Source of the DNA: Mobula hypostoma
Taxonomy: Eukaryota
DNA: 64,000 bases
Direction: 5' to 3'
Assembly: GCF_963921235.1 (NCBI RefSeq)
Contig: NC_086097.1
Location: forward strand, 60,700,001 to 60,764,000
The stretch's first letter is position 1. Each line of letters starts with the position of its first letter. Both the position numbers and the translations under genes were made by a program. Of this stretch, positions 24,105 to 37,025 are shown in pieces. The notes beneath the pieces are model-generated. The model searched no databases and was not told the origin of the DNA. It was given only the letters and a program-made list of their open reading frames with translations.

Positions 24105-24660
24105 ATCTCAAGGTCATGTTTATTAAAACAAAGTCATGTTTTGAAATTTGTTATTATGTGGCAGCAGTACAGTGCAAGACATTAAAAATTACTAAAAGTT
24201 ACAAAAATAAATAAATAGCACAAAAGCCAAATAGTGAGGTGATGCTCATGGGCCGTTCAATAATCTGATAGTAGAGGGGAAAAGCTCTTCCCCTCATTGA
24301 GTCTGGGTCATCAGGTTCCTGTATCTTCTCCCCATGGTAGTGATGTGTAGAGGACATGTCCTGGATGGCGAGGATTTTAATGATGGATGCCACATTCTTG
24401 TGGCACCAGCTCTTGAAGGTGTCATCAATGACAGGGAGGACTATGCCCATGATGGAAGTAGCTGAGTCTACAGTCCTTTGCTGCCTCTTGCAATCCTGTG
24501 ACTTGGAGACTCCTACCAGATGGAGATGTAAACAGTCAGCATTCTCTCCACTTAGATCAATAGTAATTTGCAAGGGTCTGTGGTGATACCAAATCTCCTC
24601 AAACTTCTAATGAATTAGAGCCACTCATCTGCCTAATTCATGATTGCTTCAATAATGTGC
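24105..24660 (-). mobile_element. Rex1/Babar-type 3' fragment, old
   Basis: Homologous to 8671-9330; ORF 24199-24573(-) QDCKRQQRTVDSATSIMG. Confidence 0.65.
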
Positions 24661-25094
24661 AAGGGATTTAGAACTAAGGAGGACAAAGCAGTCAGGTTGA
24701 TCATCCGACTACCTACCATCTTTAACATTAACACGGTCCAACCTTGAGGCTGCTTCATGAATTTGCTCAGAGATGCATTGCATTTATTTGCCATAATAGC
24801 TCCTATCTTTTCTGTCCCTACAATCCAGAACAAGAGCAAGAAGCATCACCAATCCAGTATCCCCTCCTAAAGGCACTTATTGAATAAATTAACTGCATGG
24901 ACTGGAAGAGCTGATGAACCATGGCTACGACCAGCAACACAAGGTAAATAAGGTTCAACAATAAGTCAAGCCCTTGTCAACAACACTCTGGATGTAAAAC
25001 CTAAAAAGCTAGTTAGAAACTTACACAACTAGGGACTTACAACTGGTAATGAAAGTACATTTCAAATATGGAGAAGGAGACCACACCCAATTAT

Positions 25095-25880
25095 AGGGGA
25101 ACAGACAAAGTTCTGTGGCTGTGAACAAGACTTAGGAATGGTATGTCGCCCACCATGAGGGTCAGAGATGCAGTATCTCAGGCCAGGTCCAGAGCATTCT
25201 TAAGGTGTCTGATGAGCAGCCAGAGGTCATGGTACACATGGATACCAATGACATAGGTAGGAAAAGTGTTGCGTTCCAGCAAAGTGAGTTGAGGGAGTTA
25301 GGTGCTAAGTTAAAAGGCATGACCTCCGGGTGGTGATGTCAGGATTGTCTCCCATGCCTGATAGTAGCAAGGCAAGAAATTGAAAGATAATGAAGTTTAA
25401 TGCACGGCTAAGCAAATGGTGCAGGAGGGAGGGCTTCATATTTTTTGGAACATTGGGCTCTATTCCGGGACAGCTGGTATCTGTACAAAGGGGATGGTTT
25501 GTGACTGGTTTTCTGGGAGACCAATATCCTCACTAGAATATTTTTTAGTGCTACCCTGGGTTTGTAAACCAGAGATGGGGGATGAGGTATTTACCTATGC
25601 ATGGAGCTGATAGACATGGGAAGATGTTAAAAGAATTTTTTAAATATGTATTTTACTCAGGAGACAGACACCGAGTCTATAGAACAGAAACAAAAAGAAA
25701 GAAGAGGCATGGACTCATTAGGGTGGATAAATCCCCAAGGCCTGACAAGGTGTTCCCTTGGACCCTATGGGAGGCTAGTGCAGAAATTGCAGGGGCCCTA
25801 GCAGAGGTATTTCCAGAGGTCTTGATGATAGCTAATGTTGTACTGTTGTTTAGGAAAGACTCTAAGAATAAGCCAAAAAT
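25095..25880 (+). mobile_element. Internally deleted CR1 (ORF1 esterase remnant joined to pre-RT region)
   Basis: EQPEVMVHMDTNDIG-type ORF1 motif; IRVDKSPRPDKVFPWTLWEASAEIAGALA...IANVVLLFRK. Confidence 0.75.
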
Positions 25881-25889
25881 ATATCACTA

Positions 25890-27385
25890 CTCATCCAGAC
25901 ATGGTATTCCTGATTCCAGACACCTTCTGTGTGAAAAAAAATCTTCCTCAGATTTCTCCTGATTCCTCTTGCTTAGCCTTTACCCCTTAGCTTAAAGATA
26001 TACTCTCTGGTTTTAGATACCTCTATCTTCAAGTGTTTTCTTCGATCTATTCTATTAATGCTATCATAAATTTGTATATATCTCTCAAGTTCCCCCTTCA
26101 GCCTCATTTATTACAAGAAAAACAAACCCAACCTATCTGGTCTCATAAATGAAATGCTCCTTCCCAAGCAACATCCTGGTGAATCTCCTCTTCTACAAAC
26201 ACTTTATTACAACAATGTCTTCTGATACTGTTTTATAATATTTTATAAAGTTTCACGATAACATCCATGCTCTTACATCCTGTGCACTGGCTAAAAAAAA
26301 CATGAACCCCATGTGCTTTCTTCACCACATTCTCTATCTGTGCTGCCATCATCAGAGATCCTTAGGTGTGTCCCTCTGTTCCTGTGTCTATTATTACCGT
26401 AGGTGCCACACTTCAGAAAAGATATGAAGGCTATAGAGATCACGTAAAATAGGTTGATCAAAAATATTCCAGGCCTGAGGTGTTTTAGTTATGTGTAGTT
26501 ATGTGGAACTCTGGAAAGGTTGGGGAACGTTCTTTCTGGACTGGAGATCGATGAGAGGAGATCCGATAGAAACAGTAAGTATTTGGAAAATAAAGAGTCC
26601 TAGAGTCGTAGAGCACTACAGCACATAAACAGACCCTTTGGTCCATCTAGTCCATGCTGGCTTGATCTTATGCCTTGTCCCATCTATTAGCACCTGGTCA
26701 TAGCCCTCCATACACCTCTCATCCTTGTACCTACCCAAACTTCTTGTAAATGTTACAATTGAACCCACATCTGCCAGCAGCTTGTTCCACACTTGCACAA
26801 TACTCTTAGTGAATTACTTCCCCCTCGTATTCTCCTTAAATATTTCAACTGCCACCTGAAATGTGTGACCTCTAATTCTAGTATCACCCACCCTGAGGGG
26901 TAAAGAGCTACATGCATTCAGACTATTAACACTCCTCATAATTTTGTATACTTTCAGTTTAAAATCCTAGCCCGAGGACAAGTCATCTCTTTCTCCGCAA
27001 TTATCTTGAAATTAATTGAATTACACCCCCAGTCTTGGTGTCATATGCAAATTTCCTGATCCAGTTTACCACATTATCAGTTAAATCAGTAATAAAGATG
27101 ATAAACAATAATGGACCCAGCACCAACCATTACAACACACCACTAGTCACGGGCGTCCATTTAGAGAGACAACCATCAACCACCACTCTCTGGCTGGTCT
27201 TGCTAAGCTATTGTTGAATCCAATTGATGACTTCATCCTGAATACCAATTGACTTACTCTTCTGGATCAGTCTGCTATGCAGGACATCATCAAAAGCTTT
27301 GGTAAAGTCCATGTAGACAATGCCTACTGCCATCCCTTGAGCAACCTACTCAGTAACCTCCTTGAAAAACTCTAGATGACCTACC
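25890..27385 (-). mobile_element. Cluster of decayed CR1 3' fragments (mostly minus; short plus piece ~26400-26590)
   Basis: Reverse-complement similarity to the CR1 RT and 3' UTR at 9600-10800 and 62030-63230. Confidence 0.7.
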
Positions 27386-27734
27386 ACAAGGAAATTATAA
27401 CTTAACTCTGATGTTCAGTTTATTAATCCATTATGCCTTGCTTTATTATATTACAAACTCCCATATCGTAACTTACAAGAAATATCTAGGCTATCACTTA
27501 AATCGCATACACATTGAAAGTTATGTACATGTGCTGGTAAGTGGGATTAATATTAATGTTTCAGATGGACGTGGTGGGTCAAAGTGCAATTTCTGTGCTA
27601 TATGACTGTGACTCCAGTTGCAGTAGAAGCAGCAATTTATTGTGATTCCTTGTGGTCTTATACCTTAATGCTCAACAAAGGATTCCAGTATTCCTTATGT
27701 TTTATAATCATTTTCTCAAAATATGATACATGTT

Positions 27735-28900
27735 CATTCAGAATCAACATCAGAATTATGCTTATTATCACGGTCTAATATGACATGAATGTTTTTGTTT
27801 TGTGGTATGGGTACAGGTTGAAGATATAAAAGTTCTATAAATAAATAGATTGTGTAAAAAGCAGAAATAATGAAGCAGTGTTCATGGACCATTCAGAAAT
27901 GTGGTGTGAAAGGTGAAGAAGCAGAATCATTGGTCTTCAGGCTCATCTACCTCTTATCTGATGGTAGTAATGAGTAGAGGGCAAGTCTTGTTTGGTGAGG
28001 GTCTTTAATGGCGTACCACTCAGCAATTATGCCTAGTTAACCAGCAGACCTCTCAATTCTTCTACCCTTGTTTGAATTGTGTCCTCTAGTTTATATTGGC
28101 TGTTCTTGTACTTCCTACCGAAATGTAATACTTCATAATTCGCAGCATTGAAGTTAGTCTGCCAACTGCCTACTTATTTCCTCAACCTGCCTATATCTCC
28201 CTGATGTTAATTATTATTCCCCTCATAGTTCATTGTCTCTCAAAGCATTTTGTCATTTGCAAATTTGGAAATTATATCTGAACACACAAGTCCAATCCAT
28301 TAATATATATTAAGAAAAGCAAAGGTTATGATAATAGCCCAAGGGAACTCCATTGTTTATTTCCTTCCAAATCAACAAGCTTTCACTCCTACTTTCTCTT
28401 CCCTGTTACTTAACCAATTTTCTGTGTCATTCTGCTACATTCCATTTTATTCCAAGAGCTTCAATCTTGATGGTAGGCCAATTATATATCACCATATTAA
28501 AGATTTTTTTAAATGTATCGACCACATCAGTGGCACTTCTCTTAGTGATATTTCTTATTATATTATCAAATATTTCTATCAAGTTATTAGGCTTTTTCTA
28601 ATCAATCCAAAAGACTGCTAATTCTGTTTTTGTTAACTTACTTTAGAACCTTCCCTAGCACCAAGAATAGACTGGCTGGTCTATAATTCTGAGTTTGTCC
28701 CTACAAAGTTTTTATGAACAAGGATGTAACTTTTGCAATGTTTCAATCCTGAATCAATAAATACGAGCAGATTATAGCCAGGGCTTCTTCGGTTTCCTCC
28801 CTTACTTCCATCAACATTAACACCATCAAGCTGAGGGGATTGATTCACTAGCCTTGATTGCACCACTTCATTAGCAATAATTGTCCATTCCACAATCTCA
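27735..28900 (-). mobile_element. Old LINE remnants (Rex1-type tail ~27735-28010, eroded CR1 RT ~28050-28900)
   Basis: 'cagaatcaacatcagaatt' tail like the one at 8671; 'tgtcatttgcaaatt' (FADD-like motif on the minus strand). Confidence 0.5.
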
Positions 28901-29261
28901 ATCACATTTTCCTTAGCTAAGTTACTAACAGCACCACATAAAACTTGTCCTGTATAGCAAGGTACAACCAATTTGCATCAGGAAAAATACCCTATATTGA
29001 TGTCCAGACCAAACAAACTTGCATTATTTCAGAATAGTGAATTGTTTCTAAATTCCAGTTTAAACATCAGTTGTTAGACAATTTTCATTTTAACTTTGCC
29101 TATGTGAAACAAATTGCAGAGAATTGCATTGAAAAATCTGACCAGGTAGGCTTTTCTAAATATATATTAATGGATTGGGTTTGTGTGTTCATATATAATT
29201 TTGAAATTTATAAATGACAAAATGCTTGGGAACAAAATATTTGAAAATGTCTTCCTAAAAT

Positions 29262-29955
29262 TAATGGTAAGACTCTTGACACTGTGGAGGATCAGAGGGA
29301 TCTTGGGGTTCGAGTTCATAGGTTACTCAAAGCTGATATGTAGGTTGACTCTGTGGTTAAGAAGGCATATGGTGCATTGGCCTTCATCAACCATGGGATT
29401 GAGTTTAGGAGTCGAGAGGTAATGTTGCAGCTATATAGGATTCTGGTCAGACCCTACTTGGAGTAATGTGCTCAGTTCTGGTTGACTCACTACAAGAACG
29501 ATGTGAAAACTATAGAAAGGGTGCAGAGGAGATTTACAGGGAGAATAGGTTAAGTGAACTTGGCCTTTTCTTCTTGGATAGGTGGCCTGATAGAGGTGTA
29601 TAAAATGATGAGAGGCATTGATCGTGTGGACAGTCAGAGGCTTTGATCCGGGGCTGAAATGGCTATCACGAGAGGGCACAGTTTTAAGGTGCTTGGAAGC
29701 AGGTACAGGGGAGATGTCAGGGGTAAGTTTTTTACATGGAGGGTAGTGAGTGCGTGGAATTGGCTGCTGGTGATGGTGGTGGAGGCGGATACAATATGGT
29801 CTTTTGAGAGACTGCTAGATAGATACATGGAGCTTAAAAAAATAGAGGGCTATGGGTAACTCTAGGTAATTTCTAAAGTAAGGACATGTTTGGCACAGCA
29901 TTGTGGGCCAAAGGGCCTGTATTGTGCTGCAAGTTTTCTATGTTCTATGTTTCTA
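29262..29955 (+). mobile_element. CR1 3' fragment
   Basis: Same subfamily as 56100-56815 (TRGHSFKVLGSRYRGDVRGKFFT); tail TTTCTATGTTCTATGTTTCTA. Confidence 0.9.
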
Positions 29956-30172
29956 AAATATTGTTGGCAATTTTTATGCTGGTTGAGTTTGTATTTTGAT
30001 TGTATAAATACTAATAAATATTTGTATATAAAGATAGACAGCCCTTTACATAAATATTTTACCACCAGGATTTATGTAGATTGACATTCATTTTCATTCT
30101 AAACAACCATTTAGTTTAATTTTACATTCCTTCTAAATTTATTATTCAGAAGTTCTGAATTAATAAATAGTA

Positions 30173-30700
30173 TACATCTTGTGGCCACTTTATTTGGAAC
30201 CTCCTGTACCTAATAAAGGAGCCACTGAGTGTATGTTTGTGATTTTTCTATTGCTATAGCCCATCCACTTCAGGTTCAATGTGTTGTATGTTCAGAGATG
30301 CTCTTCTAAACACCATAATTTAACATGTGGTTATTTTGGATACTGCCAGTTTCCTCTTGGGTTGAATCAGTTCAGTCATTCTGTTCTGACCTCTCTCGTT
30401 AACTAGGTGTTTTTACTCACAGAACTGCTGCTTACAGTATGCTTTTTTTGTTTCTCTCGCATTCTCTGTAATTTTTAAAAATTGTTGTGTATGAAAATCT
30501 CAGGTGGCCAGCAATTTCTGCGATACTCAAGCCTCCCTGTCTGGAACCAACAATCACTACGTGATCGAAGTCACTTAGATCACATTCTTGCCCATTCTGA
30601 TATTTGGTCTGAACAACAACTGAATCTCTTGACTATGTTTGCATGCTTTATGCTTTGAGTTGCTGCCACATGATTGGCTGATTATATATTTGTATCACAC
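30173..30700. mobile_element. Non-autonomous Tc1-like relic beginning with a ~60-bp TIR-TIR hairpin
   Basis: TACA..GTGGCCACTTTATT...AATAAAGGAGCCACTGAGTGTA palindrome at 30173-30232, followed by sequence resembling Tc1 subterminal regions. Confidence 0.6.
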
Positions 30701-30751
30701 AAACATTGGACACCTGATCTCACCAAACAAATGGGCAGATTTCCTCTCTTG

Positions 30752-31156
30752 ATGGCTCTGGCCTATTCTCACTGGAATTCAGAAGAATAAGGGGGATCTT
30801 ATTGAAATCTACTGAATGTTGAAAGGCCTCAACAGAGCTGATGTGGAAAGAATATTCACTTCAATGGGGGAGCCTAGGACCGGAGGACACAGCTTCAGAA
30901 TAGAGGAATACCCTTTCGAAACAAAGATGAGGAGGAACTACTTTCGCCAGAGAGTGGTGATTCATTGCCACAGGCAGCTGTGGAGACCAAGGCATTGGGT
31001 ATATTTAAGACAGAGGTTGCAACGCAAGTTCTTGACTAGTCTGGGCATGAAGGGTAATAGGGAGGCGGCAAAAGATTGGTGCTGAGGGGGAAATGGATCA
31101 GCCAGGATGAAATGGTGGAGCAGACTTGACTGGCCAAATGGTCTAATTCTGTTCCT
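30752..31156 (+). mobile_element. CR1 3' fragment
   Basis: MLKGLNRADVERIF...RTGGHSFRIE; 3' UTR shared with 16200-16310(-) and 44880-45020. Confidence 0.85.
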
Positions 31157-32118
31157 ATACCTTGTGCTCTTATGGTTCAGAAATGCCTACATTCAGAAAT
31201 CACTGGGAAGATATGTGCTGTGTGCTGGGCATTCGATTAAGTTATGGGCTTAGCATTATCATATCACCATAACTTGTAACAATGTAACCCATGGAATCAA
31301 CAAGTATTCAAAATACATATCAACAATATAATCAGATCACCTTTATATTTTCTGAAATACTTGCAATGTTTGCAATTCCAGTTTTGTATTTCTAACTGAT
31401 CTGATTTATTAGCATAAAAAACATTAGTATTTTACTATGCCTTTCACTGAAACATGATGTGCATTTGGTCACTTTTCTTTATTGTTGTGAGGCTTATTCA
31501 ATCTTGCTTGTGGCTATCAACTGAGGGCTGGCACATTTCACAACCCTTCCTGGCCTGTTAAACCATTTGGCTAACATTAAGTGGCTGAAAGTAACTGCAC
31601 ACAGCTAGTGGCTTTGGTGCTTCCTTGTGTAGTCCTCACAAAGCCGTGGAGATGCCAGTGCTTATCACCTGCAAGCTGTCGCTGAACTCCTTTTCTCCAC
31701 ACCACCCATTTATCTGAGTCTCCCTTATGTATCATCTTTAGAAGTCCAGATGCTCATTACATAGTGTCTCATTAAAGCGGCTTATTGCTTTTTGTTCTGG
31801 TGGCTCAATCAAATTGAGAGAAGAGGCTACAAATAGGTTGGGACAAGAGATTTGAAAAGGAGCATTCACGGGCCTTTGACTTTTTCTGGCTGCCCAATTG
31901 AATCGTGATTCATTAGCAAGAACAAATCAAATTAATGATGGGACACGCAATGAGAACTTTGTTGGAATGGACCAGTGTTCGAGTGGGGAGGATTTGGCAC
32001 AATAGGCTTGTCTGAGTGAAAGTTCTTCTACTTCCTTCTTCATCTGTTAGTGCATAGTTAGTACAGAGAGAGAGATTCCAGGGCTGTGTTGTGTTCTTTG
32101 TGTGAGATGTGGGAACTC

Positions 32119-32478
32119 TCTTTTTTGTAATTGATAGATTGACCCATTTTTGCGCTTTCTTCAACAACTATATCAATTAAGTTTTGTAGTTCTTCCTCTG
32201 TACTTGCAATTAAACAATTGATATAGCTGTTGAAGAAAGATAGACCCATTTTTGCACTATCAATTGCAAAAAGACAGAATGTATGGTGATATCCAAAAAG
32301 AAGGAGAGTCCTACCTGCAGACTGAGAATAAATGGGGAAGACATAAAACAAGTACAGAACTATTGCTACTTAGGAAGCTGTGTGACATCAGATGGCAGGT
32401 GTGACATGGACATTTCGAAGAAGAATAGGGATGACAAAAGACACCTTTACGAGAATGAAGAGTATACTGACCAAATGT
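32119..32478. mobile_element. RTE RT fragment with fold-back duplication
   Basis: Minus arm LIASTEEELQNLIDIVVEESAKMG; plus arm INCKKTECMVISKK...VQNYCYLGS. Confidence 0.75.
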
Positions 32479-32479
32479 A

Positions 32480-34080
32480 GAAGCAAGAGTGGCGACTTCT
32501 TCATCGTGATCACTCTGTTCAGCACTGGCATCCTGACTGTCAAGCTGGTGTAGATGGCACAGATGTCTATGGAAGGTGGCGTTCTTGTGCTTCTCTTGCA
32601 TATACACTCTGAAGCTCTCATAGCTGTTGTTATGAGTTTCATGAGTTATATCAGGTAAGCATCCAAGCCTTTCCAAGACACCTGCGTACTCTTTATTGAG
32701 TGCTACCTGGTCACCTGTGGTCTATGAAGCCTCTTTTCACCAACTTGAGCTTTATGCTTACATGCACACAGACCTAACATTAGCTGTACCTCACTTTTCA
32801 ACAACCAGTAGCTGTGCCTTTAGTGAATTTATGGATTTCATTGCCACAGGCAGCTGTGGATGCCAATTCTTATGTATATTTAAAACAGAAGTGATAGATT
32901 CTTGATTGTTCAGGGTGTGAAAAGATACGGGGAAAAGGAGGAAGATTGAGGCTAAGAAGAAAATTCGATCAGCCAGGGTGAAATGGTGGAGCAGACTCAC
33001 TAGGCCAGATAGCCTAATTCTGCTCTTATATCTTATGTTCTTTAGGTGTTGCCCCTTGTGCTTGAAAGTTACTATACAGCCTCCTTTTACTAGAACATTC
33101 TTTCCATTATAACCAGTCACTTTTAACTTCACTGGGTAAAGCTTGCTCTTTACTTTGAGAGTCTTGTAATCATCCATAGACAACAGATTCCCGTGTCAAG
33201 CTTGAATGGAATTACTGAACCACTCACAGTCACTGGAATAATCCATTCTGTTTTACCAGAACCAGCAGATTGTGGAGAATCCACAAAATCTTCTTCCATT
33301 TCCTCAGCAAGCGTGTGCACCTTTCTCTTGGTAGCTCCAGCTTTGCAGCGGTTTGTGAAAAGTCTCCTCTTCCCAGATTTATTGCAGGGCTTTCCATAAA
33401 CAGGACACTGCTTTGTGATGTGCCTATCTCCACATTTGCTGCGTTTACTGCTTGAGCATCTCTCTTTGGTTTGTGTTTGCTTTGTGAAATGCCTTGTGCT
33501 CAGTCACTCTGTTTTCCCAGCATGCATTGTTTTCTCAGCCCTGCGCAGCTCTTTAGTTGTGCCCTACACATATTCACAGTCTTTTCTAGTGTTATATCTT
33601 TTTCACAGAGCAGACATTCTCCATGTCCATTATTTGTGATTCCACAAACTATTTTGTCAAAGCAGACACTTTTTTTTCTGGTGAAGGAAGATAGTACATT
33701 TCTCTCAAATATGATGTTTTTACTTAGGACAAAATACTCAAATGTTGTCATCAGAGTGTCCAATTTAATGTGTATCTCATCAATTTGAAAGCTGTCATGG
33801 ATGTCCAAGTCATCTTCACCAATTATGTGTAGAAAGATGGATGCTTTCAATTTTTCCTCCACTCTGCCAGCTCTACTTCCACTAAATATATATTGAATCG
33901 CTGTTTGAAGCATTTCCAATGATCAGTTAGATTACCAGTAAACTGCAAAGGCACGGGTGGGCTTAGGTTATCCATAGCATTTTTTGGGCTTCTCTCACCT
34001 CAGTTTCTCAGTGAACTTTAAGACAGCATGTTCTCTTGCCAGCAACTTCTCCCCATCAGAACTAGCAACTCTTAGCTACA
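32480..34080 (-). mobile_element. Internally deleted Gypsy/Ty3 provirus relic (gag-protease; LTR probably continues past 34081)
   Basis: Minus-strand gag start at ~33974 MDNLSPPVPLQFTGNLTDHWKCFKQRFNIY; LCEKDITLEKTVNMCRA; protease region KVTGYNGKNVLVKGGCIV...KAQLLVVEK; EYAGVLERLGCLP. Confidence 0.75.
32824..33039 (+). mobile_element. CR1 3' end inserted in the Gypsy protease region
   Basis: TSD CTTTAG at 32818-32823 and 33040-33045; CR1 3' UTR and TCTTA-type tail. Confidence 0.85.
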
Positions 34081-34106
34081 TGTGATATGCATTTATACTC
34101 TGTCTT

Positions 34107-34474
34107 TTTTTTTAGATTATGAGGACACGCAGTCCTCTTTTATTGTCATTTAGTAATGCATGCATTAAGAAATGATACAATATTCTTCAGGTGTGATATC
34201 ACAGAAACACAGGACAGACCGAGACTGAAAAACTGACAAAAACCACATGATTATAACATATAGTTACAACAGTGCAAGCAATACCATAACTTGATGAAGA
34301 ACAGGCCATGGGCAAAGTAAAAAAAAGTTCAAAGTCTCTCGAAAGTACCACATCTCACACAGACGGGAGAAGGAAGAAAACTCTCCCTGCCATGCCCGAC
34401 CACAGTCCAACTTTGAGTCATCTGAAAACTTCAAGCCTCCGACCAGCCCTCCGACACCGAGTACCGAGCACCAT
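34107..34474 (-). mobile_element. Non-coding SINE-like retroposon (copy 2)
   Basis: Matches 1151-1512. T-run (poly(A) on the minus strand) just before 34114. TSD CTCTGTCTT at 34098-34106 and 34475-34483. Confidence 0.85.
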
Positions 34475-35415
34475 CTCTGTCTTCATACCTCACACTGACT
34501 TTTGACATGTTATGTTTTTTCTTTAGCAAAGATAAACTTTGGTTGGTTTTTCAAATGCCGGAACATATTTTATTTACCGATTTACAGAATGGCTTCAACT
34601 CAACCACATTTTTTGGGGGGTAAGGATACTTGCAGTCACATGATAAAATAGGCCAACAACGTCAGCTTGATTTCCTTAAGAAAAAATCTTGCTTGACAAA
34701 TCTGTTGGAATGCTTTGAGGAAATAACAGGCAGGATAGACAAACAAGAATCATTTGATGTGGTGTACAGTACTTGGATTTTCTGAAGGTCTTTGACAGGA
34801 TGCCGCAAATGAGTCTGCTCAATAAGATAAGAGGCTCTTATATTACATGATAGATATTCGAATGGATAGAAGGTTGACTGATTTGCAGGAAGCAATTAGT
34901 GGGAATAAAGGGAGTCTTTTCTGATTGGCTGCCTGTGATTAGTTCTGAGTTGGGAGGACTTCTTTTTACATTATATGTCAATGATTTGGATGATAGAATT
35001 GATGGCTTTATAACCAAGTTTGCTGATGAAATGAAGATAAGTGGCGGGGAAGGTAGTTTTGAGGAAGCAGAGAGGCTGCAGAAGGATTTAGATAGATTTG
35101 TAAGGTGCAAAGGGACTTGGCAGTCCTTGGGCAGGATTCCCTAAAGGTTAATTTGAAGATTGAGTTAGTGGTAAGGAAGGCAAATACAATGTCTGCATTC
35201 ATTTTGAGAGGACTAGAATATAAAAGCAAGGATGAAATGTTGAGGCCTCATAAAGCACTGGTGAGGCCTCACTAGGAATATTGTGAACAGTATTGGATCC
35301 CTTATCTAAGAAAGGATGGATTAACATTGGAGAGGGTTCAGCGATAGTTTATGAAGGTGACTCTGGGAATGAAAGGTTTACTGTATGAGGAGTGTTTGGT
35401 TCTAGGACTGAAGGG

Positions 35416-37025
35416 TGTAATGAAGAGCTTTAGTTTACTTGTTGGCCGAAAACCACTTCTAATGTGTGGGCCATCGATTTGTCCACTGAAAGGTGCAGCA
35501 GCTATTTCCTATTCATTGGCTTGTGTGTCTTGGCACCAGAGTCTGACTTCAGGCACCTTCCATTGTCTTTAGGACACCCACTGGCAGACCACAGTACGTG
35601 TGCTTGCAACACTGTGTGTCCGACAGAGTCACCAGCAGCACTGGGACTCCACAGGGGACTGCCTTGTCTCCCTTTCTCTTCACCATTTACACCTCAGACT
35701 TCAACTACTGCACAGTGTCTTGTCATCTTCAGAAGTTTTCGGATGACTCTGCCATAGTTGGATGCATCAGCAAGGGAGATGAGGCTGAGTACAGGGCTAC
35801 GGTGGGAAACTTTGTCACATGGTGTGAGCAGAATTATCTGAAGCTTAATGTGAAAAAGACTAAGGAGCTGCTGGTAGACCTGAGGAGAGCTAAGGTACCC
35901 GTGACCCCTGTTTCCATCCAGGGGGTCAGTATGGACATGGTGGAGGATTACAAATACCTGGGGATATGAATTGACAATAAACTGGACTGGTCTAAGAACA
36001 CTGAGGCTGTCTACAAGAAGGGTCAGAGCCGTCTCTATTTCCTGAGGAGACTGGGGTCCTTTAACATCTGCTGGATGATGCTGAGGATGTTCTATGAGTC
36101 TGTGGTGGCCAGTGCTATCATGTTTGCTGTTGTGTGCTGGGGCAGCAGGCTGAGGGTAGCAGACACCAACAGAATCAACAAACTCATTCGTAAGGCCAGT
36201 GATGTTGTTGGGATGGAACTGGACTCTCTCACGGTGGTGTCTGAAAAGAGGATGCTCTCTAAGTTGCATGCCATCTTGGTCAATGTCTCCCATCCACTAC
36301 ATAATGTACTGGGTGGGTACAGGAGTACATTCAGCCAGAGACTCATTCCACCGAGATGCAACACTGAGCGTCATAGGAAGTCATTCCTGCCTGTGGCCAT
36401 CAAACTTTACAACTCCTCCCTTGGAGGATCAGACACCCTGAGCTGATAGGCTAGTCCTGGACATTTCATAATTTACTGGCATAATTTACATATTACTATT
36501 TATTTATTACTATTTTCTATTACTATTCTATTACTATTTATTATTTCTATGACTATTACTATTGACTGTTTACTAATAGTAATATTACTATTACTATTTC
36601 TATTACTATTTATTATTTATGGTGCAACTGTAATGAAAACCAATTTCCCCCGGGATCAATAAAGTATGACTATGACTACTATGACTATCTTTACACTGAG
36701 GTTACGACTGGTGCTGAGAAACCATTGGGAATGTTTGCTGCAGAGTTAGGAGGGTCCACTCACACTTTTCGCTAAGTGTCTGCTTGTTGAATGTTTAGTT
36801 TTGTAATTGTGTAACTTGGGGAGATTTAATGAAGTTCCTGTTGAGTTTGAAGGGTTACTGAATATTTAGTATCATAGTTTGTGTAACTTAGTGTGGCTCA
36901 GGTATTTGGTCAAATTTTTTACTGTTTATCTATATATAAATGATTAATGTGCTTATTTATAATCAATGTCTTCTCTCCCACTTATAAAACCCATGAACCC
37001 GCTTCTTCTTAACTAGGGGATTGCA
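35416..37025 (+). mobile_element. Probable solo LTR, split by Rex1
   Basis: Non-CR1, non-coding segment TGTAAT...GGGGATTGCA inside the CR1. TSD ambiguous (ACTGAA at 35407 and 37025). Confidence 0.4.
35572..36687 (+). mobile_element. Rex1/Babar LINE, 5'-truncated
   Basis: GTPQGTALSPFLF, QKFSDD, RHRKSFLPVAIKLYN; AATAAA followed by (TATGAC)n; TSD TCTTTA at 35566-35571 and 36688-36693. Confidence 0.93.

Noticed and set aside
35694..36364. Long antisense ORFs over the Rex1 copies (also 52113-52676 and 19304-19504)
   Set aside because: Shadow frames of the RT coding strand that recur only because the element recurs.
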